Origin: Thecamonas trahens ATCC 50062
Taxonomy: Eukaryota > Protista > Apusomonadida
Assembly: GCF_000142905.1 (NCBI RefSeq)
Contig: NW_013657670.1
Coordinates: forward strand, 21,856 to 85,855
DNA length: 64,000 nucleotides
Direction of reading: 5' to 3'
The position numbers and the translations under genes are program-made. How positions within the stretch are numbered: the stretch's first letter is position 1; each line of letters begins with the position of its first letter. Positions 21,495 to 32,092 of this stretch are shown piece after piece. A model generated the notes under the pieces. The model did not search any database. It saw nothing but the letters and a program-made list of their open reading frames with translations, and had not been told where the DNA came from.

Positions 21495-22529
21495 ATGTCG
21501 TCGAGAGACAGGCTCAAGGCGGAGCTCCTTGAGCTCCGACGGCAGGCAGCGCGTCGCGGACTCAGCCTCGCCTTGCCCACATCAACTGGACGAAGCGGAA
21601 TGGTGGCTGCCTCCAACAATGCCGGCGCAGATGAGCACATCCGGGTGGCGGCTCTCCGCGAGCTCATGGACGGGCCGACCGTGGTGGCGATGCTGGAGCG
21701 GGAGAACGAGCTGCGGCTGAGCACCAGAGTGCAAGAGCTGTATGCTGCGGCTGAGCGGCGGTCCGACACGGATTGGATGGAGGTGACTCTGGAGCTGCAG
21801 AAGCAGGTGGCGACCGAGTTTGGTTACGGGCCTGATCATGATCGGCATGACGATGTGCTGGTTGTTCTTCGCCGCGCTGCTGCGATCTATCCCGAACTTC
21901 CAGAGACGGCCGCCATTCCACTGTATGTCAAGCACAACCGCGCGGGTGAGGGCCGAGTCGTTGCTGGCGAGGCCATCGTTGACGTGCCGCTCCTGCCACT
22001 GGCCGACGGCGAGATCGGGTGTCGCACGTCACTCACTGCTCTGCTGGCCGGGGCTGGCGAGCGGCCGCTGGTGGTCATTGCCGGCTCGTACTCGTGACCG
22101 CCCATCCGCGGCATGGTTCCTATGCTGCATGAAATGTACGACGGCCTGCGTGTTGAGCACGGCGAGGCTGCGCCGGCGTGGGCCTTTATCTACGTCGAGG
22201 AGGCGCACGCTCTTGACGAATGGCCGATCTCGTCGTCGCGCTACCACCCGACTGGCGAGGTAGTGGCGGTGGCACAGGCCAAGACGGTGGACGACCGTGC
22301 AGAGGCCGCCACCCACTTTGCCGACCTGTACCAGCTCCGGCTGCCCGTCTTTCTCGACACGCTCGACAACGAGTTCCAGACCACGTACGGCGCGTGGCCG
22401 CTGCGGTTCTATGTCTTTGAGGCATCTACCCTGGGCTACAAGGCCATGCCTGCCGAGTGTACGTACTCGATCTCTGACCTGTGGGCCGCCGCCTCGGCAG
22501 CGTGCACCCGCACGGCCAGCGCCCGCTAG
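21495..22529 (+). CDS. Iodothyronine deiodinase-like selenoprotein (344 aa; Sec201 encoded by TGA at 22095-22097)
   Basis: The ORFs ending 22097 and starting 22113 are in the same frame, separated only by TGA in RPLVVIAGSYS-U-PP (deiodinase FGSCT-U-PPF). Downstream FIYVEEAH..DEW and DTLDN....YGAWPLRFYV are deiodinase motifs. A SECIS lies in the 3' UTR. Confidence 0.92.
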
Positions 22530-22551
22530 GCCCTGCGCACCAGCAGGCTGC

Positions 22552-22634
22552 GCTCGTCGCCACATGACGCCTCTGTCCTCAACCGCAACGCTCTGTTGCG
22601 GCGGACATCGAGGCCGACTCCTCTCGCGACGTGC
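22552..22634 (+). promoter_or_regulatory. Eukaryotic SECIS element (type 2)
   Basis: Core ATGAC (22564-22568)/CGAC (22615-22618); helix II GCCTC-TGTCC/GGACA-GAGGC; unpaired AA at 22581-22582; apical mini-helix CCGCAAC/GTTGCGG; helix I CGTCGC/GCGACG. Confidence 0.9.
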
Positions 22635-22643
22635 TTGACCAAG

Positions 22644-23633
22644 TCAGCTCCGCTTCTTAAACCGACCGCGCTTTCCGGCAAACTTCTTCTGGCCGCTTGG
22701 CTTTGACGACGACGGCTTGGCCGGCCCATCGGGGGCGTTGGGCTTGGCGCCGGCGTCCGCGTCAGGAGCCTTGCGGGCGAGCTCGTCAAAGTCGACGAAC
22801 GACTGGTTGTCCGGGATAAAGTCGCCAAGGAGAAAGGCAGCGGCGTAGACCCAGGCGGCGAGGACAGTCAGGACGGCCTGGACCGAAATGAGGTAGTAGG
22901 CGAGCGGCGCGCCGGCGGTGGTCCCCACCAGCAGCCAGAACGGGATCCGGAGCTGCAGCAGAAGCACCTCGAGCTCGTCCTCGGCGGCGTAGTACACGCA
23001 TACGAGGCGCCAGGCGACGGCCCATGCCGCGGCGGTGGCGGCAGGTGCCAGGCCGAGGATCCAGTAGAGGGCGATGGCGACGAGACCAGATCCGACCGCA
23101 AGCAAACGGGCTGAGCTGGCCGGAAATGAGGCAACCATGGTAAAGATGGCCCACGAAGCCAGGGCAGCAAGCGCCTCTGGCGACCACCAAAAGAGAAGCG
23201 GTGGCGAGAAGAGGAGCACGCCGACAAAGACGACGCCGATCTTGTGGGACATCTCGCGGGAGGATGACGAGGTCGCGTCCGACTTGCGGAGCATGTGCTG
23301 GGCGACAAAGACGGCGACGATTTCGATGACGAGAACAGCACCTCCCAACCAAGCCCTCAAGCCCATCGAGGTCGCCGCCCATGATGTGGCCACAATGACC
23401 ACAGCAATGCCCGCTAGAATGCTCCTGGCCATAAAATCCTGTCCGCGGACAAAGGCCTCGTCCTTGCCAGCCAGCTCTTCCTCGCTAGGCCCGGGCATGT
23501 TGTAGATGGCCCTCAGCACCCATGCGCCACCCAGACTCACTCCCAATGCCAGCGCAATACTGAAGAACTTCCACAGCCCATACACCCCGCATGAGAAGAC
23601 AACCAGTACCAGAGCCACCCGCTCCCACCGCAT
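22644..23633 (-). CDS. Hypothetical multi-pass membrane protein with a basic C-terminus
   Basis: ORF from MRWERVAL with many hydrophobic segments; no family recognised. Confidence 0.65.
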   Translation of the reverse strand: MRWERVALVLVVFSCGVYGLWKFFSIALALGVSLGGAWVLRAIYNMPGPSEEELAGKDEAFVRGQDFMARSILAGIAVVIVATSWAATSMGLRAWLGGAVLVIEIVAVFVAQHMLRKSDATSSSSREMSHKIGVVFVGVLLFSPPLLFWWSPEALAALASWAIFTMVASFPASSARLLAVGSGLVAIALYWILGLAPAATAAAWAVAWRLVCVYYAAEDELEVLLLQLRIPFWLLVGTTAGAPLAYYLISVQAVLTVLAAWVYAAAFLLGDFIPDNQSFVDFDELARKAPDADAGAKPNAPDGPAKPSSSKPSGQKKFAGKRGRFKKRS

Positions 23634-24085
23634 CCTCGCTTCGCTTCGCCTCGCTTCGCCTCGCCTCGCCTCGCTCTGCCGAGTGGAGTGGTCCTGTCTG
23701 CAACCCCCCCCCCCCCCCCCCCCCTTCCCCCCCCTCCCCGCCACACCGCCCAGCTGCACACAGCTAATACCTACAATATCACAGGCGATCGGTCGATGTG
23801 ATGGTACTCCAAACCTATCTCCAGCCACAGTCCTCACGCCCATCATACCCATCACTCTCACTCTCATCGCCTGCCGCATGAGATGCTCCTATCGCTCTTG
23901 CCAAGGCCGACGCCACATCACCCCCCCCCCCCTCCCTCCCCCCTCCCTCCTCCTCCCCCTCCTCCCCGGCTCTCATCAATCACGATCAAATCTCCCCTCT
24001 TTTCTTGCCCTGCAGCACACTCTCTCTGCCTCGGCTTATGACCACACCGCCAACAGCACAGCACCTCTCTCCCACCTCTCTCCCC

Positions 24086-25170
24086 ATGTCCACCCTTCCC
24101 TCCACCCCGGACCCAGCCAACCCCCTCAAGGTCATCATTGACACCGAGTACGTCATGTCTTTGGCCATCGTCCTTTCCCTTCATCTCATCCCACGCGCAT
24201 ACCACGTGACTCACGCCGACACGCACGGCCTCCCCACCGCAGCCCGGGCGTTGATGACTCGATGGCTCTCGCCCTCGCTCTTGCCTCGCCCTCGCTTGAA
24301 GTCGTTGGTGTGACCATTGTCATGGACAATCACTCGGATGTGCATCTGCTGGCGGCAAATGCTGCCAAGGTCATGGCTCTCTGCGGACGGAGAGACATCC
24401 CCATCTACGTCGGCGCGGAGCACCCGCTGGCGGAAGAGTACCACGGCCATTCCGGCATCCACGTCCACGGACAGAATGGACTCGGTGGCACCGAGCTTGA
24501 CATGACCGATGCCATTGTGCCGAGCTCGGAGATGACTGCTGCCGAGTATCTTGTGCACGCCACCGCCGGAGGCGACATCTCGCTCATCGCCCTCGGCCCG
24601 CTCACCAACGTGGCTCTGGCTATCCAGGCCGATCCCGAGTTTGCAGCCCGCATCCCGGTCTTCTCGCTCATGGGTGGGACGGTCGACGGCGTTGGCAATG
24701 CCTCACCGTCGGGCGAGGCCAACTTTATCAACGATCCCGAGGCTGCCGCCATCGTCTTCGACGCCCCGTTCCCGGCCGTCATCATGGCTGGCCTCAACGC
24801 CACCCGCCAGGTCCCACTCTCGGACTCCTTCCGGGCCGCTATCAAGGCCACGGGCTCACCCGTCGCAGACTTTGCCCACGCTGCTTCAGCCGGCTACATC
24901 GCCGCCCTTGCCGAGTGGAATGCTCTCTCCTACGTCCACGACTCTACCGCTGTTATGGCCCTCGTTCGCCCGGACATCTTCACCTCGAAGCTCGTCGCCG
25001 TCCGCGTCGAGACCAAGGGCGAGATCACTCGCGGTACCTCGGTCGCCGACTTTTCCGGCATTCACTGGCCAGGCGCTCGCAAGAACGTCCACGTCCTCAT
25101 GACTGTCGACACCCAGGCGTATTACGACCACTACGTCGCCCGCATCGCCACCTACGCCGCGCACTCGTAG
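24086..25170 (+). CDS. Inosine/uridine-preferring nucleoside hydrolase; intron 24148-24242
   Basis: Splicing GTACGT...CAG restores KVIIDTDPGVDD. Also HVHGQNGLG, ALGPLTNVA, MGG..GNASPSGEANF..DPEAA and HD. Confidence 0.93.
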
Positions 25171-25185
25171 CGTAGCGCGCTCGCT

Positions 25186-26829
25186 TTACTTGCTCTCGTC
25201 AGCCACCTGCACAAACGTCACCGTCTCCCGCAGCCACGCGCCAAAGTCAAACGGCATCTCGGTCGTGCCTGCCAGCCACTCGTGCTCGCACAGCTCGCCA
25301 GCCGACGGCCGATCGTTCGGGTCGCGCGCGAGGCACGCCGCCACAAACTCCCGAAACGGTGCTGACCACGTCTCGGCCGGCAGCCACTCGTCAATCGGCG
25401 CGTCCTGCTCGCACACACACGTCATGTGCTTGAACACCTCGTCCTCGTTAAACTCGTACGGGTACTTGCCGAGCGCACACTCGACAAGAATGAGCCCAAA
25501 CGCCCACACGTCACACGCAGACGTGTACCCGTCCTTGGCCTCGGTCGAGTTGATCCGCTCTGGCGACATGTACGTAAACGTACCCACAAACGTCGACGCC
25601 TTGGCCAGCGTCTGCGCAAGCTCGCGCGAGGTGCCAAAGTCAGAAATCTTGGCCAGTCCCTCGGACGAGAGCAGGATGTTCGCCGGCTTGAGGTCACGGT
25701 GGATGAGGTGCCGCGTGTTGTGCAGGTAGTGCAGCGCGTTGGCGCCCTGCCAGGCAATGTGCCGGATGACGTCCTCCGACAGCGCGCCCGCCGACTGGAG
25801 CACAGACTCGAGCGAGCCACAGTCCATGTACTCGAGCGCTATCGTGATGAGATCGTCCTCGCGCCAGCACCCGAGCGAATTGACCACGTACGGGCAGTTC
25901 GACTGCGCATACGTCCGAACCTCTGTAAAGAGCTCCTCCCGCTTCCGCTCCGCGTCTGGAGTCGCCGCCGTATCCAGCCGGATCACCTTGCACGCCAGGA
26001 GCAAGCCCGTCTCTTTGTGGCACATCTTCGACACTGCACCTTGTGCGCCCTCGCCGAGCTCGCAAACAAGCTCCAGGTCCTTCAGCTGCAGATCGTGTAC
26101 CAGCGAAAGCATTGGGTCGCGCTCACCGCGCGACGCGTTCAGCAGCTCGCCGCCATACGTATTGATGTCAAACACGCCGTCCGTGCCCGAGTCCGACGGC
26201 CCCGGTTCCACTGCCAGCGTGAGGCCCAGTCGCCCGCGCTTCTTGCCGAGCCCACCGCTCCCGCCGCGCTTCTTGACCAGGCTCCGCCGCGCCGGCCGCT
26301 TGGGCGCACTCCGCCCGCTCCCTGGCGAGCCTACAGCCGGCGAGTTGCTACACGAGTCCAGCGACGACAACGACGCTGCCAGATTGATCACCTGGATCTG
26401 CGGCGACTCGATCGAATCGTACTGGCTCTCGCTGCCCATGCTGGTGTTGAGCGGGGTGGCGAGTCCAGCCAGCCCAAGCCCGAGGCCCTTTTTCCACGAC
26501 CCTTTCTTGCCCTTTCGCCCACCGCCAGCCCCGCCATCCACACCGGGGACTCCCGCGGGCGACTCGCCCAACGCCACCGACGGCGACGATGGCGACGACG
26601 GCGAGGAGCAGCCCTGTCCTGCAGCCGACGACACGATACCCATGCCCAGTCCTTGCCCACCAGCCCCACCGCTTGCAGCCATGGTCTCACCGCCACCCAC
26701 CGCCACGCTCTCGCCGTCGTCCGAATCCGAGCCCGAGGCAGAAGCCGAAGCCGAAGCCGACGACGACGACGAACCATACCGAGCCTTGCCCGTCGCCTTG
26801 GTGGCGTGCACCACAACAGGGGACGACAT
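25186..26829 (-). CDS. MAP kinase kinase (STE7/MEK family)
   Basis: LGEGAQGAV, IALEYMDCGSL, HRDLKPANIL, DFG, TFVGTFTYMSPERI; N-terminal KK..L.L docking-type motifs. Confidence 0.92.
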   Translation of the reverse strand: MSSPVVVHATKATGKARYGSSSSSASASASASGSDSDDGESVAVGGGETMAASGGAGGQGLGMGIVSSAAGQGCSSPSSPSSPSVALGESPAGVPGVDGGAGGGRKGKKGSWKKGLGLGLAGLATPLNTSMGSESQYDSIESPQIQVINLAASLSSLDSCSNSPAVGSPGSGRSAPKRPARRSLVKKRGGSGGLGKKRGRLGLTLAVEPGPSDSGTDGVFDINTYGGELLNASRGERDPMLSLVHDLQLKDLELVCELGEGAQGAVSKMCHKETGLLLACKVIRLDTAATPDAERKREELFTEVRTYAQSNCPYVVNSLGCWREDDLITIALEYMDCGSLESVLQSAGALSEDVIRHIAWQGANALHYLHNTRHLIHRDLKPANILLSSEGLAKISDFGTSRELAQTLAKASTFVGTFTYMSPERINSTEAKDGYTSACDVWAFGLILVECALGKYPYEFNEDEVFKHMTCVCEQDAPIDEWLPAETWSAPFREFVAACLARDPNDRPSAGELCEHEWLAGTTEMPFDFGAWLRETVTFVQVADESK

Positions 26830-27147
26830 TACCGAACTCAGGGGAAGGCGGGGGGAAAGTGGGGGGGGGGGGGGGGGGGGGGAGGGGGGGGAGGAAGAGT
26901 AAGGGGGAAAGGGCGTTTTTTGGTTGGTCGAGGCTTGTCCTTGTTTGTGTACGCTCGTGCGTCACCGTCCTCGTGCGTTGTGTGTGTATGTGTGTGCGTG
27001 TGTGTGTGTGTGTGTCCACCTCCCGCCCCTCCCGCTCGCCTCTCCCCACCCGCTCGCCACGAGGCCAAACGGTGGTTCTTCTTCACGTGACCGAACAATG
27101 CACGCAATTTTCCCCCACTCCCACACCCAACCCCAGTACTGTCTAGT

Positions 27148-30100
27148 TCACTTCCGACCACCGGCCCGGCCCAGACTCCGGACTTGGTTTCGCTTGGAAG
27201 AGACAAACTCAGTCACATCGAGTCTGGCAAGAATCTCGACAACCTCGGCCATGGACGGGCGCGAGTGCGGGTCGGCACGCCAACAGCGATCGATGAGTTC
27301 GCGGATGGCGGCGCTTGGGATCTGACTAGGAGTCATCTCGGGCCGCCGCCCGTTGGAGATGCGGAAGCCGACTTCAAGTGCGTTCGAGCCGGAGAAGGCC
27401 GACTCGCGGGCAATCATCTCGAAGAGAATGGTGCCCATGACAAAGACGTCGCCGCGGATGTTGGTCGTGTCGCCGCGAAGCGCCTCGGGCGACATGTAGG
27501 CCACCGACGGAATCATGGTCATCGTTCCCATGTTGGCCTTGATGCCGTCCATGCCAAAGTCAATGGCATGCGCCTCGCGGATGCGCGAGCCTTCAAAGAC
27601 AAGCGCCACGTTGGACGGCCGCAGCGAGCCGTGTGCGATGCCGAGCGAACCGTGGAGCTTGGCAAGCGAGCTCGCCAGGAGCCGTGCCACGATGGCAACC
27701 GCCTCCGCGTCAAACACCACGTTGCGTCGCGTGCCGAGAAGCACGTCGTCGAGTGTCCCGCCTTCATAAAACGGCACAATGATCGCGTATTGGCCCTTGT
27801 CCAGACACACTGCCAGCGGGCCGACCGCTGTCTCGCTCGAGCTCATAAGCGCCGATGCCGAGAGCTCCGCCATCCGGATCACGTCCTCCGGCCCGAGGTC
27901 CTGCCGCAGCAGCGTCTTGACCACCACTTCCTGATCGCGCCAACGCGCCCGGTGCGCGTTGGCGTACGAGCCCATCCACGTCTCGCCACCCTGCGCCACC
28001 AGCCCCACAATCTCGCTCCGCGGCACCAGCCATTCGCCGTGCCGCGACGTGCTGGCCTTCAGCGCTGCCGCCGACGGACTCGGCTTGGCCGCCCGCTGTG
28101 CGAGTGTGTCGACCACCGTCAGCTCGTCGCCGACCGTCACGTGGAAGACAGTCGTGTCCGAGACCGGCCACGGCAGCGGCCGAGCAGTCACTCCATCAAG
28201 CTGTGTCAGCTCGTTCACAATCTCGCGCTCGGCCACAAAGAGCCCCCCAGCAATCGTGTGCTCCCAAGCCAGCGACTTGGGCGTTGAAGGGAGAAGCGTC
28301 GCCGCGTACGCACGCTCTTCAGCCTCTTCCAGGCCAGAGTGCGCAAGGCCAAACAGGTCCGACCACAGGCTCCGCATCGAGTCGATGACCGGCCCACCGA
28401 GTTCGCGGTTTCCACCGCGAGTCGACGACACCACGCGCACCTCGCCGCATGTCACAAGCATCGTGACAGCCATATCCTGCGGGAGATTGAGTGCCTGACA
28501 CCGCCCAAGCAGCTCCGTCAGTTGCGTTGACCGATGAACACCAAGCGTGAGCCACCCCAAGCCCCATGCGAGGACGCTCACCCCAATGTCACTCGCCAGC
28601 TCCGGCAACTGGGTGTGGAATGTACGCAGCGCCCGCCCGGTCTCGACTGGATCGCGCAGGAGCCGCACCCGCGCATTCCGCAGCGTGCAGTGCACTGCCG
28701 TGATCTCGCCCGACGGCTCAGCTGCCGTCGTCGGGTAAACCACCGCAGAGTTGGAGTATGTGCCCGCCAGCTCGGCCTCGGCCTCATCGAGCGTCAGCCG
28801 CAGCTCCACAGAGTTCTCCCACAGCCGCGTCATGATAGGCACCAGCGGCACCAGCGACGCCGGCGTACCGGCCACATCCGGCCGCCGTCCGTCCACAATC
28901 TCCAGCGCCACCGCCAGAGCGTTTTCGCCTGCGTACAGCGTCCCGCGCGTCGCAAGTTCCCACAGCGTGATGCCGAGTGAGAACGCGTCTGACGCCGGCG
29001 TCATCGCAATCGAGCCTCGAAGGAGAACCTCGGGCGCAGCCCAGAAAATCGTGCCCACGTTCATCTGCTCGCCGTGCGCCGTTGCCCCGACCTCGGACGA
29101 GAACATGCCCGACGTGGCCGACGAGACGGCAGAGACCGTCGATGGCGTGCTTGTTCCCACCAGCGGCGCAGAGTCGGCCGGCCCGACCTTGCCTGCTCGC
29201 CGCGCCCGCGCCCGCTTCCGCCGCGCCTTGCGGTCCGCGGCAGAGAGCGAGGCATCGCCCTTGACCGACGACATGCCAAAGTCACAAATTTTTGGGCACC
29301 CAGTTGTTGTCAAACAGCACGTTGAGCGACTTAAAGTCGCCGTGGACCACGCCAGCATGGGAGAGGTACTGCAGACCTTGCGTGATGTTGTGCGCCCACT
29401 TCAAGAGAATCGACGAGTCGAGGAAAAGGTCAGGCGAGTGCAGGACCTCATACATCGAGCCGCGGTCCATAAACTCGGTGACCAGCGACGGCGGCTCGAG
29501 GGTGATGCCCATAAAGATGACCACGTTCGAGTGCCGCAGCCGAAGCAGCATGCTTGCTTCGTCCACAAACTCGCGGAGCTGGGCCGGGCTCATCTCCTTG
29601 GTCCGCGTCCGCTTCACCGCCACCGCCGTCGAGCGCCACTTGCCGGCATACACAGTACCGTACGAGCCGGCGCCCACCGCCTTGCCCACCGTCAGCTCTT
29701 TCTCAGGAATGACAAGGTCCGAGTCCGAGCTCAGCTTGTACGTCACCGACTTGCGCCGGTACACAACGTAGCCAATGATCGAGGCGATGCAGCAAATGCC
29801 CAGAAAGACGGGGAGAAGAATGGCGAGCAGCCGCTTGTTGTCGGTCGACTCAGCGTTGAGCACCGCCAACGTAATCTGGTACGACGACACCATCACGTTC
29901 GAGTTGGAGAGCTCTGGCGCGGCGGCAATGGCACGCAGCTCGGTCACACCCGACAGGGCAATGTTGACCGATCCGGTGTAGACAGGTGACGCCACGTTCG
30001 GCTGGCTTCCATCAATGGTGTAGTGGATGACCGCGCCCGGCGTGAGCGTCGTCAGCTCGACCGAGATCGGCTCGCTAAACGAGCCCGACGACGGGTTCGC

Positions 30101-31465
30101 CACAGGCGTCGACGCCTGTTTCAGTACCGCCGACAGCCGCACAGCCTCGAGCTGCGGCAGCTCGGCGTCGATCAATGCCGTCGCGTCAGCAGACGTCTTT
30201 TGCCCATATAGCGTGAAGATAAACTTCTGCCACCGTGCAAGGAGCTCCGGGTAGCCAAACGCCGCCATGCCCGACCGCTCAAACGCGTGCTCCGCTTCCA
30301 GCATAGTGTCGTACGCCAGCCGGGTCCGGCTCGACGTCATGACTTCCGTGAGCGACGGCCGAAGAGGGTAAACTCCAGACCGACCCGTGAGAACCTCCTT
30401 CTGCGTCGTCGCATTGCCGATATAGTCGAGGATGGCGCGCGAGCGATCATGGAACGCCGACGAGATAGGCGAGGCAAAAGCCACAAAGACCGAGAGAACT
30501 CCGTTGTTGGCCTCGGTCGGCGACGCCGTCCCGCGCGTCCCGTCATACGCAGGGAACCTGAACGCGCCTACATCGGCGTCGCTCACTCCGGCGCTCAGTA
30601 CCACACCGGCGAGCGAGTCAAAGCCACAGTAAATCGCCGTAGCATTGGGATCGAGCGCAAAGTCAAGCGCCCACGTCATCTCGAGTCCATACGTCGCAGA
30701 ATCCTTGCGCGAGAGAAAGCCGGCGTCAAAGAGTGGAACGAGCTCGTCAAAGACAGCCCGGATCCGCGGGTCCTCCAACGTGATGTTGGCCATAAAGAAC
30801 TGCTCGTAGAACGCGTCGCCGTGCATCCGGATCGCAAGCGAGTCAAAGTATTGTGACGTGGGAATCGAAAACAGATCCGTGCCCAAGCACTTCATGCCCG
30901 CCGCCTTGAATACCTCGCAGGCCGCAAGGAGCTCCGACCAGGTCGTCGGTGGCACGACGTCGTGGGCGGCAAAGACCGACTTGCGATAATTGCACAAATT
31001 GCCCGTCGCCATCGTCGGTACGCCGTACCGCTTTCCGTCCCTGCCCGTCACATAGTCGAGCGCCGCCGGCACCGTGTCCTCGGCAAAGCCGTGCTTCTCC
31101 CACAGGTCCGTGAGGTCGAGGAACGCGCCCGAGTCGATGAACTCCTGCTTGCCGGCCCCATTGTACAGCGGAATGATGTCCGGCGAGCCAAAGGCCTTAA
31201 GCCAATACTCGTACACCGCCTTGTCGGAGAACTCGTTGAACTCGGCTTGCAGGACGCCGACTGGATCGCCCGTCGACGATGTGTAGCCGTCAGCAAAGGC
31301 CTTGGAAACAGAGGTGAACTGCGAGGTTTGCGAGGCATAAACGAACATTCTCAGCGCCATATCGGTGGCTGGCGTTACGTAATTGATGGTTGCTGCAGAG
31401 GTCAGGCTCGCCACAAGAGCCAACACCAGCGCCACAGAGTATACCGTTCGTACCATTGGCTTCAT
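27148..31465 (-). CDS. Receptor TKL kinase: signal peptide, solute-binding domain, Fn3-associated domain, TM, kinase, cyclase-like linker, pseudokinase; frameshift at 29289-29293
   Basis: Removing one A joins ...HGDFKSLNVLFDNNWVPK to ICDFGMS. The ectodomain resembles ABC sugar-binding proteins (FLDLTD, DGKRYGVP, PPTTWSEL), followed by IHYTIDGSQP. The second kinase has HGSLRPSN...DFG. Confidence 0.85.
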
Positions 31466-32092
31466 GTCGTCCTCTGAACTTGCCCGCTTGTCCGCTTTGT
31501 GCCGCTCCCCTTGTTGAGAGTGCGGTGGTTGCACTTCCCGCGCCTACCCGGCACCTCCCACTGAGGGATCCCATTGCCAATAACGGCACGAGGATTCACG
31601 TGCTCTTACCCTCCACACAAATTTGTTAACGGCTACTATGCAGCGCCCTCCAATGTTACCAGCTCTCGTGTTTGCTTAGTGGTGCTTAGTATGAGTCGTG
31701 GAAGCAGGGCAAGTGCTGAACTCCATACATGGCTGAGAGGGCGGGTCGAGCGGAAGGTGGTGGAGCGCTGGGCAAGGAATTGTACTTATTAGCGCAATCA
31801 ACCTAATTTGTGCGCTGCGACGTCGCTTCTCGCTCGCTGGGCGTCTTGGCCGCCGCGGTGGGTTGTACATGGTGCATGCTCGCTCGCCTCCACTACCATG
31901 TTCGAGTTTGAAAGCAATGTCGCGCTGGCTTGGAACACATGCGAATGATGCGGGTCACGCTCTTAGGGCGAGCCGCAGTGCCGGGTCTCAACCGAGCCGC
32001 ACGAAGCGACGTCTCCACTTGTCTCGGAGCGGCGAATTATGCGGCGAAAGGTGGCTCGTGTGCACGCAGCTGCAAGGACTGGTGCTGGTGGC

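Noticed and set aside
22095-22097. Nonsense mutation / pseudogene reading of the TGA
   Set aside because: The TGA sits exactly at the deiodinase Sec position, the downstream frame is conserved, and a SECIS is present.
19964-25170. Metabolic gene cluster (JmjC, tRNA, deiodinase-like, membrane protein, nucleoside hydrolase)
   Set aside because: No evident shared pathway; adjacency is expected in such a compact genome.
25426-27090. Long antisense and alternative-frame ORFs (also 4993-6186, 10791-12143, 19658-21121, 37359-38714)
   Set aside because: These are shadow ORFs produced by high GC and codon bias opposite recognisable genes; they have no motifs.
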